This document shows positions 29,984-39,847 of a stretch of 64,000 nucleotides of DNA, piece by piece. The DNA is from Pirellulales bacterium (GTDB lineage: Bacteria > Planctomycetota > Planctomycetia > Pirellulales > JAICIG01), in contig JBBDYJ010000039.1 in the NCBI GenBank assembly GCA_040901675.1, positions 17,829 through 81,828 on the forward strand, written 5' to 3'. Positions within the stretch are counted from its first letter, which is position 1; every line of letters begins with the position of its first letter. The notes under the pieces were generated by a model. The model did not search any database. It saw only the letters and a program-made list of their open reading frames with translations, and was not told the origin of the DNA. The translations under genes were made by a program, and so were the position numbers.

Positions 29984-31627
29984 ATGGCCGATCGAGAGCA
30001 CCCGGATCCCGAGCTGCTGGCCCAATTCCGCCAGGCGCTGGCCGACTGCCGCAAGCTCTATCGCGAGGGGACCGAAGAGTGCATCCAGGAGCATGCCGCC
30101 TCGCTGGGGCAGAGCCCGCAGCAATTCGTGGCCCTGATGCAGGATCTGGAGCGGGGCCTGCTGGTCAAAGTCTTCGTGGAGATCGCCCAGTGCGATTGGC
30201 ACTGGAGCCCGGCCGAGCTGGCCCTGGCTGCGGAACTCTTCGAGTACGTCTGGTCGACGCGGCCCGAGGGCGACCGGCTGCGCAGGGCGCTCAAGAGAGT
30301 GGTGGAGCAGGCCGGCGCGTTGAACTGGGGCGGCCTCGTGCGGCCCTTCGCCCAACTGCCGCCATTGCAGGAACGGATCGGCGACCTGGAGACCGTCGTG
30401 GTGAGGCTGGCCAACGTGGTGGCCAAGATCGATGGCCGGACGTGCGAGGCGGAAACGAAACGCCTCCGATGGATCCAAAGCGAGCTGGAGCGGCACCTGG
30501 AGCCGCTGCCCGTCGACGATGGCTCAGCCACCGCGGCCGAACGCCGCGAAGTGGCGCGGACCTTGGACACCGAGTTGGGCAGCCCGGCACCCGCAAAGGG
30601 CCAGCCGCGAACAACGGGCGAGCTGGACGAGACGGCGCGCGCCAGGCAACTGGACGAAGCGCTGGCGGAACTGCACGCGCTGATCGGGCTGGCCTCGATC
30701 AAGCACGACGTCGCCGAGCTGGTGAACTTTCTGAAGGTCCAGCAGGAGCGGGTCCGGCTCGGCCTGGCGCAGACTCCTGTCAGCCTGCACATGGTGTTCT
30801 GCGGCAACCCGGGGACCGGCAAGACGACCGTGGCCCGGCTGCTGGGCAAGATGCTGGGCGGCATGGGCATCCTGAAGAAGGGACATCTCATCGAGACGGA
30901 CCGCTCGGGGCTGGTGGCCAAATATGCCGGACAGACGGGACCCAAGACGCACAAGAAGATCGACGAGGCGCTGGACGGTGTGCTGTTCATCGACGAGGCG
31001 TACAGCCTGGTGGCCGAGCGCGGCGACGACCCCTACGGCAACGAGGCAGTCCAGGCTCTGCTGAAGCGAGTGGAAGACGATCGCCATCGGCTGGTGGTGG
31101 TGCTGGCTGGTTATCCAGGGCCGATGGCCGAATTGCTGGCGGCCAACCCCGGGCTGAGCTCGCGTTTCAACCGCCAGCTCGATTTTCCCGACTACACGGC
31201 CGGCGAGCTGGGGCGGATCTTCCAGTCGATGTGCGAGCGAAACCACTACGTGTTGCCCGGCGAGACCCGCATGAAGCTGCTGCTGGGATTTCAGAACCTG
31301 CTCGACCGGCGGGATGAGAGTTTTGGCAACGGGCGGCTGGCGCGCAATGTCTTCGAGGCCTCGATCCGCCGTCTGGCCAACCGGATTGCCTCGATCGCCC
31401 CGCTGACGACCGAGCTGCTCACGCGGCTGGAGGCCCAGGACATCGCCCTGCCCGACGTGCCTGCCGAGGTTTTTGGCGAGGAGCAGCTCCGATCGCGGCG
31501 GTTATCGACCGACTGTCCCGGCTGCGCCGAGCAGGTCCGTTTCGGTCCACACGTGCTCGCGCGGCGGGCCAGGTGCAAAAAGTGCGGGCACGAGTTCCAA
31601 TTGGACTGGGGAGAATTGATCGCATGA
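29984..31627 (+). CDS. AAA+ ATPase (CbbX/SpoVK-like) with N-terminal helical domain and C-terminal Zn ribbon
   Basis: 'HMVFCGNPGTGKTTVAR', 'VLFIDEAYSL', 'NPGLSSRF', 'FGNGRLARN'; C-terminal CPGC...CKKC. Confidence 0.85.
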   Translation: MADREHPDPELLAQFRQALADCRKLYREGTEECIQEHAASLGQSPQQFVALMQDLERGLLVKVFVEIAQCDWHWSPAELALAAELFEYVWSTRPEGDRLRRALKRVVEQAGALNWGGLVRPFAQLPPLQERIGDLETVVVRLANVVAKIDGRTCEAETKRLRWIQSELERHLEPLPVDDGSATAAERREVARTLDTELGSPAPAKGQPRTTGELDETARARQLDEALAELHALIGLASIKHDVAELVNFLKVQQERVRLGLAQTPVSLHMVFCGNPGTGKTTVARLLGKMLGGMGILKKGHLIETDRSGLVAKYAGQTGPKTHKKIDEALDGVLFIDEAYSLVAERGDDPYGNEAVQALLKRVEDDRHRLVVVLAGYPGPMAELLAANPGLSSRFNRQLDFPDYTAGELGRIFQSMCERNHYVLPGETRMKLLLGFQNLLDRRDESFGNGRLARNVFEASIRRLANRIASIAPLTTELLTRLEAQDIALPDVPAEVFGEEQLRSRRLSTDCPGCAEQVRFGPHVLARRARCKKCGHEFQLDWGELIA

Positions 31628-32538
31628 CGCAGCCTGAAGGCTTGGCAACGACGGGCACGGCGAGGGGCCGGTTGGGTTACAACAAGCTCTGCAACCTGGA
31701 AGACTTTGCCCATCCCGATTTGCGGTCCACCGTGCGCGAGGTGTTCGCCCACGAGGTGGGGCGCTTCGGGCCCGACTTCCCCAGGGGACGTGAGTACCGC
31801 AAGTATTGGGAAGTCGCCATGGGGGCCAGGGCGCTGCGCGACGCAGGCGTGCTCCACCCAAAGGCCGACGTGCTGGGCGTCGGGGCGGGCAACGAGCCCA
31901 CCATCTTCTGGCTGACCGGCCACGTGGGCCGCGTGTTCGCCACGGACCTGTACCTGGGGACGACCGAGGACTGGCAGCAGAGTGCCAACGCGGGGATGTT
32001 CCTCCACCCCCAGCGGTACTGGCCCGCGCGGTGGAACCGGCGGCGGCTGGTGGTCCAGCACATGAACGCCCTGGACCTGTGGCACGAGGACGAGTCGTTC
32101 GACGCGGTGTTTTCGTCCAGCTCGCTCGAGCACTTCGGCACGCTGGAAGAGATTGCCCAGAGCATGCGGGAGATGTTCCGCGTGCTGAAGCCGGGCGGCG
32201 TGTTGAGCTTGTCGACCGAGTTCCGGCTGGCGGGGCCGAAGGGGAGCGGCCTGCCGGGCATCGTGCTGTTCGATGCCGGCACGCTGGGCGACTACGTGCT
32301 GGGCAAGCTGGCTTGGGAGCCGCTTTCCCAGCTCGACCTCACCGCTTCGCCGGCCACGTTGGCCACGCGGCAGCCGTTCGCCGAGGCGTGCGCCGATCTC
32401 AATCGCCACCTGGCCCGCGAGCGCGAGATCATCTTTCACCGGCTCGAGTGGGCCAGGTATCCGCACATCGTGCTGGAGCACGAAGGATTCACTTGGACCA
32501 GCATCCATCTCGCGCTGCGGAAGGAAAAAAGGGGATAA
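31624..32538 (+). CDS. Class I SAM-dependent methyltransferase
   Basis: 'VLGVGAG', 'FDAVFSSSSLEHFG', 'RVLKPGG'; ATGA overlap with the AAA gene. Confidence 0.85.
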   Translation: MTQPEGLATTGTARGRLGYNKLCNLEDFAHPDLRSTVREVFAHEVGRFGPDFPRGREYRKYWEVAMGARALRDAGVLHPKADVLGVGAGNEPTIFWLTGHVGRVFATDLYLGTTEDWQQSANAGMFLHPQRYWPARWNRRRLVVQHMNALDLWHEDESFDAVFSSSSLEHFGTLEEIAQSMREMFRVLKPGGVLSLSTEFRLAGPKGSGLPGIVLFDAGTLGDYVLGKLAWEPLSQLDLTASPATLATRQPFAEACADLNRHLAREREIIFHRLEWARYPHIVLEHEGFTWTSIHLALRKEKRG

Positions 32539-32541
32539 GTC

Positions 32542-32814
32542 TTGCGAACGACATTGCGGATCGACGACGACTTGATGCGAGTGCTGGAGGAGCGGGCCTG
32601 CCGGGAAAATGTCTCCGTGACCAGCCTGGTCAACAGACTGCTGCGGCGCGCGCTCGACCTGGCCGGCCGCGCCAAAAAGAAGGGCAACGCCACAAGCTAT
32701 CGCGAAAGAGCGTTCGCCATGGGCGAACCGCGGATCGATCTCACCAAGGCGCTTGCTGCCGCGGCAGCGCTGGAGGATGCCGAGATCGTCGAGAAGTCTT
32801 CGCGACGGAAGTAG
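32542..32814 (+). CDS. VapB-like ribbon-helix-helix antitoxin (no toxin gene follows)
   Basis: 'MRTTLRIDDDL...VSVTSLVNRLLRRAL...IDLTKALAAAAALED'. Confidence 0.7.
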   Translation: MRTTLRIDDDLMRVLEERACRENVSVTSLVNRLLRRALDLAGRAKKKGNATSYRERAFAMGEPRIDLTKALAAAAALEDAEIVEKSSRRK

Positions 32815-32891
32815 CCTGAGGAAGTGGGTGGGACCAGGATTCGATTCGCTGCCGCCTGACTTCCGGACTCTACCGTCATGCTCCGCGCATT

Positions 32892-32958
32892 GAAAAAAGG
32901 GGATAAGTCCAATTACGCGCGTCCAATTACGCTGGTTAATTGGACTTATCCCCTTTTT
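32892..32958. repeat. Inverted-repeat element AAAAAGGGGATAAGTCCAATTA...TAATTGGACTTATCCCCTTTTT
   Basis: 22-bp perfect arms; same element at 53833-53922 and an 18-bp half copy at 32524-32541. Confidence 0.85.
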
Positions 32959-34318
32959 ATTCGAAGACGTTCTCGCGCTCGAGCGGCAACTGGAAGGCGT
33001 CGGCCACGCGGGTCATGTAGTGGCAGCGGCACGACCACCAGATGATGTCGAGCGTGCGGTCCACGCCGAAATGGTCGACCAGTTGACGCACGTCGGCGTC
33101 GCTGATCGACCAGGGTTGCGTGGACTGCTTGCGGGCAAAGGCAAAGGCCATCCGGTCGCCGGCCGGAAAGCCGGACCAGTCGCCGCTGGCCAAATGGCCC
33201 GTCCGCTCGGCCACCTCCACCGCGTCCAGGCCCGCGACCGCGAGCAGCATCTCCGTGTGGCCCATTCAGTAGAAACAGTCGATCGAGCGCGTGGTCACCC
33301 AGAACACGCTCTCTTCGAAAACCCGGTCCTGTTTCGACTCCTGGGCAAAAGCCCGCGAACACACCGCCCAGCCCTTGGCCAGCTCCGGCTGGTAGCCGGC
33401 GCACACCAGGCTCCAACCGATCCGCACCGGCGGCCCGCCGGACGATCCCGGCGCCACCAACGCCCGGACTTCCTCCCAGCTCGGCACCCGAATCCGCGAG
33501 CGGCGGTTACGCTGCGATTCGAGGCGTTCCTGCAGGTCCGCAAAGTCCATGGCCAGCCACTGCGGGTCGCTGATTCTCGCGGCCACGCCGGCGTCCGTCT
33601 GTCCGAGCGGGGGTCTGCGCCACGGCGCAACGGCTCGGCCGGCTGAGGGCTGCTTGGAGAACTCCACCGCCAGCGGCGGCAGCGGGCCTCCCTCCTCTCG
33701 TTCGAACCCCAGCGCCAGCAGCAGCCGATCCTGGAAGTTGCCATACCCCACGAGCAGCACCATGGCCACCACCTGCTTGTCGCCGTACAGCTCGACCAGC
33801 CGTGCCACCTCCTCGTCGGTAATCGTGCTCGCGGCCACGGTCAGCTTGCGGGCAAACCGCAGCACCGCCCTTTCCGCCTCGGATGATGGCGAGCCATCGT
33901 CCGACAATGCCCGGATGTCGTTGTCGTCCAGCCCCGCGCGGACCAGGTCCGCGGCGGCATAGGCCTCGCTGTAGTCGCAGCGATTGGCCCGTGCCACGAT
34001 CCAACGCATTTTTCCGCGCAGCACCGGGTCGAGCGGGCCGGCCGCCCTGTGCAGCCAATCGAGCTCGAGCATGGCTGCCGTCGTCCGCGGCAGGCTGCCT
34101 GCCAGGGCCCTGGCCCACACGGGCAATGGGCCGCTGCGGCCTTGCCGGACTTCAGGCAGCCGCTGCCAAGCCTGGGCGTCGGACAACAGCGGCACACGGG
34201 CCGTGGTTGGCTGTTGGCCGTCCGGCGGGACTGTGGGGTCTTGCGCGGCGGCCGGTTGAACGGCCGTCAAAAAAGCCAACAGTCCGGCTGCATTGAGTAA
34301 CGCTACGAGGCGAACCAT
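32957..34318 (-). CDS. Exported tandem AhpD/carboxymuconolactone-decarboxylase-like protein; probable selenoprotein (453 aa, Sec at codon 351)
   Basis: ORFs 33266-34402 and 32957-33265 are in frame and separated only by TGA (33266-33268): 'SIDCFY-U-MGH'. The first AhpD repeat has 'RANRCDYS...H'-like context; signal peptide 'PAAAQ'. Confidence 0.8.
33230..33245 (-). promoter_or_regulatory. Candidate bacterial SECIS hairpin
   Basis: mRNA GCUCGC-GGUC-GCGGGC: 6-bp stem, GGUC loop starting 27 nt after the UGA. Confidence 0.6.
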
Positions 34319-34349
34319 GCCAATTGCTTTCGGGGTATGGGAGGTGTGT

Positions 34350-35345
34350 CTATTTGGGAGACCGTGCCGTGGCCGCTGACACGTCGAGCCAGTCTGAATC
34401 ATGTGCGTCCGAAGTCGCGATTAAACAGCTAGGCAATGCAAGTCGCAACTCCGCGACGCCTCTGGCGGTGACGCGGGTGTTCCACAAGTCCAGGGTGCGC
34501 AGGCCGGTAAGCGACGCGAGGCGCATCACCTCCTCGTCGCCAACCTGAGTGTATGAGAGCGATAGGTGCTCGAGTCTCGTCAGCTTGGCGAGATGTACCA
34601 TACCGTCGTCGGTGATCTTCGTGCCGCCGAGCCATAGCCGCTTCAACCTGGGCAAATGGGCCAGAGACGCCAATCCCGCATCGGTGACGGACGTGGACTC
34701 GAGATACAGGTCTTGCAGGTTTGCCAGGCTGTCGAGATGCTCTAAACCAGCGTCCCCAATCTTGGTACCGTGGAGGCCGAGCACTTCGAGCCGACGGAGG
34801 CCAGAGATGTGAACGAGATCGGCGTCTTCGATCGGAGTGCCACCAAGGCTTAACGTTCGCAAGTGGGTCAGGCCGCTGAGATGACGCAGGGATTCTCGCA
34901 ATTGGGAGGCGTGTTCTGGCAACCAGATGGACACATGATGCCGTCGGGCCTGGGTGAGAATCGAAAAAACTTCGCCGTGTAGCGGATGCGCGCTGTAGTA
35001 GGGTGATGGACCGATAATCCCGCTAATCCCAGGCGGGAGCCTGCCGGAATCAGGGCCGGCGTCGAACGCGACCCAGGCCACGCGGTCGAAATAGTGATCG
35101 CCGATCAACCGGCGAAGCCACGTCGTGCCGGACCGCTCGTGGATCCAGGTGCTCTTCCCGACGAGGGCCGGCACTTCGTAATCGTAGCGGAGCTGGCCGC
35201 CAAGGCGTTGGATGGCCACCACGGCCTGTTGCTGCCGCTGGGCCCGGTTCACCTGGATGCCGAGCCAGATCCCCAGCACGGTCAGCAGGATCAGGCTGGA
35301 CTGCAGGCTGAACTGGAACCAGCGGCGGGGTTTCAGCGTGTGCAT
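34350..35345 (-). CDS. Leucine-rich repeat protein with planctomycete 'RRWFQFSL' membrane leader
   Basis: Repeated 'LxxLxLxxTxIxDxGLxHLxxL' units. Confidence 0.85.
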   Translation of the reverse strand: MHTLKPRRWFQFSLQSSLILLTVLGIWLGIQVNRAQRQQQAVVAIQRLGGQLRYDYEVPALVGKSTWIHERSGTTWLRRLIGDHYFDRVAWVAFDAGPDSGRLPPGISGIIGPSPYYSAHPLHGEVFSILTQARRHHVSIWLPEHASQLRESLRHLSGLTHLRTLSLGGTPIEDADLVHISGLRRLEVLGLHGTKIGDAGLEHLDSLANLQDLYLESTSVTDAGLASLAHLPRLKRLWLGGTKITDDGMVHLAKLTRLEHLSLSYTQVGDEEVMRLASLTGLRTLDLWNTRVTARGVAELRLALPSCLIATSDAHDSDWLDVSAATARSPK

Positions 35346-35470
35346 CTGGTCATGATAACACGGGTGAAGGCAGAAGGCAGAAGGAGGAAGGAGGAATCAG
35401 AAACGGGCAAGTTTCTCGCGGTCAAATCGCTTCGTCCCTCCACCGTCTGTCCGTTGGTCTTTGTCGTTTC

Positions 35471-36397
35471 CTACTCCTCCTTCCTCCTTTCTCCGTCCTC
35501 CTTGCGCCGGGCCTGCACGACGCGGGGGAGATGGGCGAGGTCTTTGACCGTCGGAAAAAGCTCGAAGACGCCGCTGCGCTCGACGATCTCGCGAACGGCC
35601 GCGTCGAGCTGCGGGCTGATCTCCATCAACAGCCAACCACCGGGCAAGAGGTGCTCGGCGGCCTGGGGCACAAGCCGCTCGATGACCGCCGTGCCTTGCG
35701 GGCCGGCCTCCAAGGCCAGGCGGGGCTCGTGCGATCGCACGTCGGGGGCCAGGGCCGCCATCTCGCCGGATGAGACATAGGGCGGATTGGAGACGATGAA
35801 ATCGAAGCGCCGGTCGGGGGGCACCTTGGCAAACAGATCGCTTTCGACAAATTCGACCTGCTCGCTCACGCCGTGGTCGCGGGCGTTGGCGGCGGCCACG
35901 GCCAGCGCGGCGCGGCTGACGTCCAGCGCCAGCACGCGGCTGGAGGCGATTCGCCGGGCGGCGCAAATGGCGATGATGCCGCTGCCCGTCCCGACGTCGG
36001 CGATGGCCGGCCCCGCATCGCGGGCGTCCTGCCCCAGCCTCGCGGCACGGTCAGCCGCCAGGTCCAAAAGCCGGATGACGACGAACTCGGTTTCCGGCCG
36101 CGGAATCAGCACGTCGGGAGTGACACGGAACGACAAGGAGTAGAACTCGCGCCGCCCGACCAGGTATGCCACGGGGGCCCCTTCCGCTCGGCGGCGGACC
36201 AGTTCGCGAAACGCGGTCCGGGCCGGCTCGGCGGGGATTTCGTCGAAGCGGGTGTACAGCTCGATCCGCTGGCACGAGAGCGCCTCGGCCAGCAGGACCT
36301 CGGCATCCAGCCGCGGCGCGTCGGCGCCCCGCTGTTCGAGATACCCGGTCGTCCACTCCAGCAACCGCCCGATCGTCCAGGATTCGCTGTGGGGCAT
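35471..36397 (-). CDS. prmC: Release factor glutamine methyltransferase
   Basis: 'VLIPRPETE', 'DVGTGSG', 'SNPPY'; follows prfA. Confidence 0.95.
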   Translation of the reverse strand: MPHSESWTIGRLLEWTTGYLEQRGADAPRLDAEVLLAEALSCQRIELYTRFDEIPAEPARTAFRELVRRRAEGAPVAYLVGRREFYSLSFRVTPDVLIPRPETEFVVIRLLDLAADRAARLGQDARDAGPAIADVGTGSGIIAICAARRIASSRVLALDVSRAALAVAAANARDHGVSEQVEFVESDLFAKVPPDRRFDFIVSNPPYVSSGEMAALAPDVRSHEPRLALEAGPQGTAVIERLVPQAAEHLLPGGWLLMEISPQLDAAVREIVERSGVFELFPTVKDLAHLPRVVQARRKEDGERRKEE

Positions 36398-36431
36398 GTC
36401 GCTAGGACCCGGCGGCCAGGCGGTGAGCGGC

Positions 36432-37505
36432 TCAGTCGACGGCGCCCATCGCCGTACGCTGCTCCTGGCGATCGTACTCGATCAGCTTGTCGAGCACCGG
36501 CTCCAGGTTGCCTTGCATGATCGAATCGAGCTTGTAGAGCGTGAGGTTGATGCGGTGGTCGGTCAGCCGGTTCTCGGGAAAATTGTAGGTGCGGATCCGC
36601 TGGCTGCGATCCCCCGACCCGACCAGCGTCTTGCGCTCCTGGGCCCGGCGGGCGTGCTCGGCGGCCCGCTTCTGCTCGTACAGCCGCGTCTTGAGCACGC
36701 GCAGCGCCTTGGCCTTGTTCTTGTGCTGGCTCTTCTCGTCCTGGCAGCTCACGACGATCCCCGTTTCGTAATGCGTGAGCCGCACGGCCGAGGTGGTCTT
36801 GTTCACGTGCTGACCGCCGGGGCCGCTGGCACTGAACAGGTCGAGCCGGTAATCGTCGGGCTTGAGGTCGATCTCCACGTCTTCAGGCTCGGGCATGACG
36901 GCCACGGTGGCGGCCGAGGTGTGGATCCGCCCCTTGGCCTCGGTTTCCGGCACGCGCTGCACGCGGTGGCCTCCACTTTCGTACTGCAGCTCGCGGTAGG
37001 CGCCCTCACCTTCGACCCCCAGGATGACTTCCTTGAAACCGCCCAGCTCCGTCGCGTGCAGTTCCAGGACTTCTATTTTCCAGCCCTTGTTCTCGGCGAA
37101 CCTCTTATACATCTCGTACAGATCGCGGGCGAACAGGGCCGCCTCGTCGCCGCCGGTCCCCGCGCGGATTTCCATCACGCAGCGCGCGCGGTTGGAATCT
37201 TCGCCCCCCACGGTGAGATCCAGCAGTTCGTTCCAGTATTCTTCCCGCTCGGCCTTGAGCTTGGGCAGTTCGGCTTCGGCCAGCTCGCGCAGCTCAGGGT
37301 CGTGCCCTTCGAGCATGGCCAGGGCCTCGGAGATCTCCCGGTTGAGCTCCTTGAAACGGCGGTACTTGGTCGCCAACCTGGCGAGCGAGCCGCGTTCACG
37401 GGCCACGGCGGCCAACTGCCCTGAGTTGCCCAACACGGCCGGGTCGATGAGCCGGCGGTCCAACTCCTCGAAGCGGGCCAGCTTCTGGTCCAATAGGTCA
37501 CGCAT
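36432..37505 (-). CDS. prfA: Peptide chain release factor 1
   Basis: 'HRVQRVPET' (PxT), 'GPGGQHVN', 'RIRTYNFP'. Confidence 0.97.
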   Translation of the reverse strand: MRDLLDQKLARFEELDRRLIDPAVLGNSGQLAAVARERGSLARLATKYRRFKELNREISEALAMLEGHDPELRELAEAELPKLKAEREEYWNELLDLTVGGEDSNRARCVMEIRAGTGGDEAALFARDLYEMYKRFAENKGWKIEVLELHATELGGFKEVILGVEGEGAYRELQYESGGHRVQRVPETEAKGRIHTSAATVAVMPEPEDVEIDLKPDDYRLDLFSASGPGGQHVNKTTSAVRLTHYETGIVVSCQDEKSQHKNKAKALRVLKTRLYEQKRAAEHARRAQERKTLVGSGDRSQRIRTYNFPENRLTDHRINLTLYKLDSIMQGNLEPVLDKLIEYDRQEQRTAMGAVD

Positions 37506-37669
37506 GGCGGATTACTTTAACAGATTGACTCGACGCAATGGGAATATGAACAACGGGCAAGACCGCTGGGCGCCCGGCGGCCGTGGGCGCAGGCCGGCGA
37601 TGCGTATCCCGGCCGGCCGGCGCGCAGGCACGCCGGGCGATCGGGCCGGGCGGCCTCGCTGGAAAACAG

Positions 37670-37933
37670 CTACGACTCGGTCGCTTCGGCGGTTGCCTTG
37701 GCGGCCTTCTTGCCGCGCGTCAAGCTGGCGTAACCGGCGCCGGCGAACTTGGTCTTGAACTTCTCGATGCGCCCGGCCGTGTCCACGTACTTGAGCTTGC
37801 CGGTATAGAAGGGGTGGCAGGCATTGCAGATATCGACCTTCAACTCGGGCATGGTGCTGCGGGTGGTGAACGAGTTGCCGCAGCCACACTTGACCGTGGT
37901 CTCAAAGTACTTGGGATGGATTCCTTTTTTCAT
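37670..37933 (-). CDS. rpmE: 50S ribosomal protein L31 (Zn-binding form)
   Basis: 'MKKGIHPKY...CGCG...[11 protein letters not shown]'. Confidence 0.97.
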   Translation of the reverse strand: MKKGIHPKYFETTVKCGCGNSFTTRSTMPELKVDICNACHPFYTGKLKYVDTAGRIEKFKTKFAGAGYASLTRGKKAAKATAEATES

Positions 37934-38014
37934 GGCCCGGTTCCTCGAATGCTCGCCGCCCGTCGCGCCCGGAAAGTGGCCTGCCGGCCAGCGCCTGTGC
38001 CCGCGTCGGGATCG

Positions 38015-38054
38015 TTTGTTTTGGACGCAATCAGTTTATTTTGGACGCAATCAG
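38015..38054. repeat. 20-bp tandem duplication upstream of rpmE
   Basis: TTTGTTTTGGACGCAATCAG followed by TTTATTTTGGACGCAATCAG. Confidence 0.8.
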
Positions 38055-38146
38055 ATGAAAAAGTCTACTACCCGGGGCCCGTCGCGGCAAGGCCTGGTCG
38101 GAGCGGAAGCGGTGAGCAGCGGGCAGGGGAGCCGTGCGGCAAGTCC

Positions 38147-39847
38147 TTACGGCGGTGCCGGTGCGGGGGCGGATTCGAGTTGGCGGGCACGCAGCAGGCT
38201 GCCGTGCCGCTGGGGCGACTCGTCCGAAAGATAGGCCTCGATGGCATGGTCCGGCTGGCCGAGCGCTTCGTAGGCCTGCCCCATATTGAAGCGGGCGCCG
38301 GCGGTCCAAGGGCCGTCCGGCGTCGCCTCCAACACCCGCTCGCCGAAGTAGTCCAGGGCAGTCCGGTAGTCCCCCCGCTGCGAGGCCGTCAGTCCCAGCC
38401 AATAGCTGGCATCCTGCTTGGCCCGCGTCGCGATCTCGACGAACTGCTGGCCGGGAAGCTTGAGGAGTTGCTGGGCCATGAAGGCGTGTTCACCGAGACG
38501 AGTATCAGGCACCCTCGCCAATTGATAGAAGTGAATCGCACCGTGCTCGCCGTCGCTGGCCGACAGCAACTGCAATACCCGCCCCTTCCACAGGGCCGCA
38601 ATCGGGTACGGCAAATTGTTCTTTATTTCGACGAACGGCAGCACGAAAGGGTGCATCTCGGCCAGTTGGGCGGCCCGCTGGGGCCGGCTCAGCTTGGACT
38701 GCTGCCGCTGGCGGCTGTAAGGCAGCGACCAGAGTCGAACGTCTTCGACGTGTGCACATTGTTTGAGCCGCTCGGCAAGCGGCGAGGCCGCCACCGAAAG
38801 GACCAGCTTGTCGCCGCCGGACAACTGCAGTTCGAGCATCGCCATCCGCCGCGACAGATAGGCGGGTGAGGCCTCGACCAGCGCCACAACGCCGGCCAGG
38901 TCGGCCGCGGTGAGCGGATAGCGGTGGTCGGCGCCGGCGTCGAGCCGGCGGAGCAGTGAATCGTCTTCGGCCGCCGCGGAGAGCGTGGCCACCGGCTGCC
39001 CTTCGCCCGGGATCGGCAGGCCCAGCCGCGTGTCGAACAGGTACAATTCGCCGTCCAGCAGCAGGGCCGCCAGCGAAACGTCGAGCGATTCCTTGCCGCC
39101 GGGCCTGTCGAGCAGCACAATATCGAGGCCCTGCTGCCGCGCCAACAACATCAGGACCCAGGCACGTTCCAGGGCCGTGCCGCGTCCCAGGAGCAGCGTC
39201 TGCCAAGGCATGTGCGGAGGAAGCGCGGCCTCGGTTGGATCGGGCAGCGGCTCGAGCTGGATGTTCCGAACAACCCACTCGAACAGAAGCCTGGCCCGGT
39301 CCAGGTCGTCCGTGGAGTCGCGGCAGACCGACTCGGCCACCTCGCGGTGCCAGATGGCCTGCCGCAGCTCGACGGCGTCGCCGGCCGCGAACGTCAGCTC
39401 GTCCAGCGACTCGACCGCGGGCAGCGCGGCCCAATCGCCGAGCGTGTCGAGCAGGGGATCCCTCTGCCACGCTGCGTTTTGCCACGCTGCGTTCGGTTTA
39501 GCGGCAATTGCCCATTGGTTGAGCCGGTCGACGACTTCCTTCAGGGCCTGGGCATTCAGCAGGTCGGCGGCCGCGACGTTCATGTTGTAGCGCTGGTTGA
39601 CCGTGATCGGTACGTAGTCGAACTCGGCGAGGCCATTCAAGAGCTCGATGGCGAAGCGAAACACCCGCTCGCTCGATTGCGCGCCGGCGGCACCCTGGCC
39701 GGGATTGGCCGGTGTCTGCACGGTGGGCCGGCAACCCACAACCAGCACGGCCAGTAGCGCCGCCAGCGGCAGCCAGCCGCGCGGGCTGCGAAGCTGTGGC
39801 GCACGTGCGCGGCGGGTGGAAAGGGGGATAAGGCAGCTCTCAGGCAC
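38147..39847 (-). CDS. Lipoprotein with transglutaminase-like and C-terminal TPR regions
   Basis: Lipobox 'LVVGC'; '[11 protein letters not shown]...[14 protein letters not shown]...YLFD'; TPR '[13 protein letters not shown]'; 15-bp duplication (NAAWQ x2) at 39465-39493; start uncertain. Confidence 0.65.
   Translation of the reverse strand: MPESCLIPLSTRRARAPQLRSPRGWLPLAALLAVLVVGCRPTVQTPANPGQGAAGAQSSERVFRFAIELLNGLAEFDYVPITVNQRYNMNVAAADLLNAQALKEVVDRLNQWAIAAKPNAAWQNAAWQRDPLLDTLGDWAALPAVESLDELTFAAGDAVELRQAIWHREVAESVCRDSTDDLDRARLLFEWVVRNIQLEPLPDPTEAALPPHMPWQTLLLGRGTALERAWVLMLLARQQGLDIVLLDRPGGKESLDVSLAALLLDGELYLFDTRLGLPIPGEGQPVATLSAAAEDDSLLRRLDAGADHRYPLTAADLAGVVALVEASPAYLSRRMAMLELQLSGGDKLVLSVAASPLAERLKQCAHVEDVRLWSLPYSRQRQQSKLSRPQRAAQLAEMHPFVLPFVEIKNNLPYPIAALWKGRVLQLLSASDGEHGAIHFYQLARVPDTRLGEHAFMAQQLLKLPGQQFVEIATRAKQDASYWLGLTASQRGDYRTALDYFGERVLEATPDGPWTAGARFNMGQAYEALGQPDHAIEAYLSDESPQRHGSLLRARQLESAPAPAPP

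Noticed and set aside
33266..33268. Genome-wide UGA reassignment (Trp/Gly)
   Set aside because: TGA serves as a normal stop for prfA, rpmE, exbD, kdsA and others in this window.
39818..39832. Further copy of the GGGGATAAG element
   Set aside because: Only ~12 bp match (AAAGGGGATAAG) without a partner arm; could be chance.
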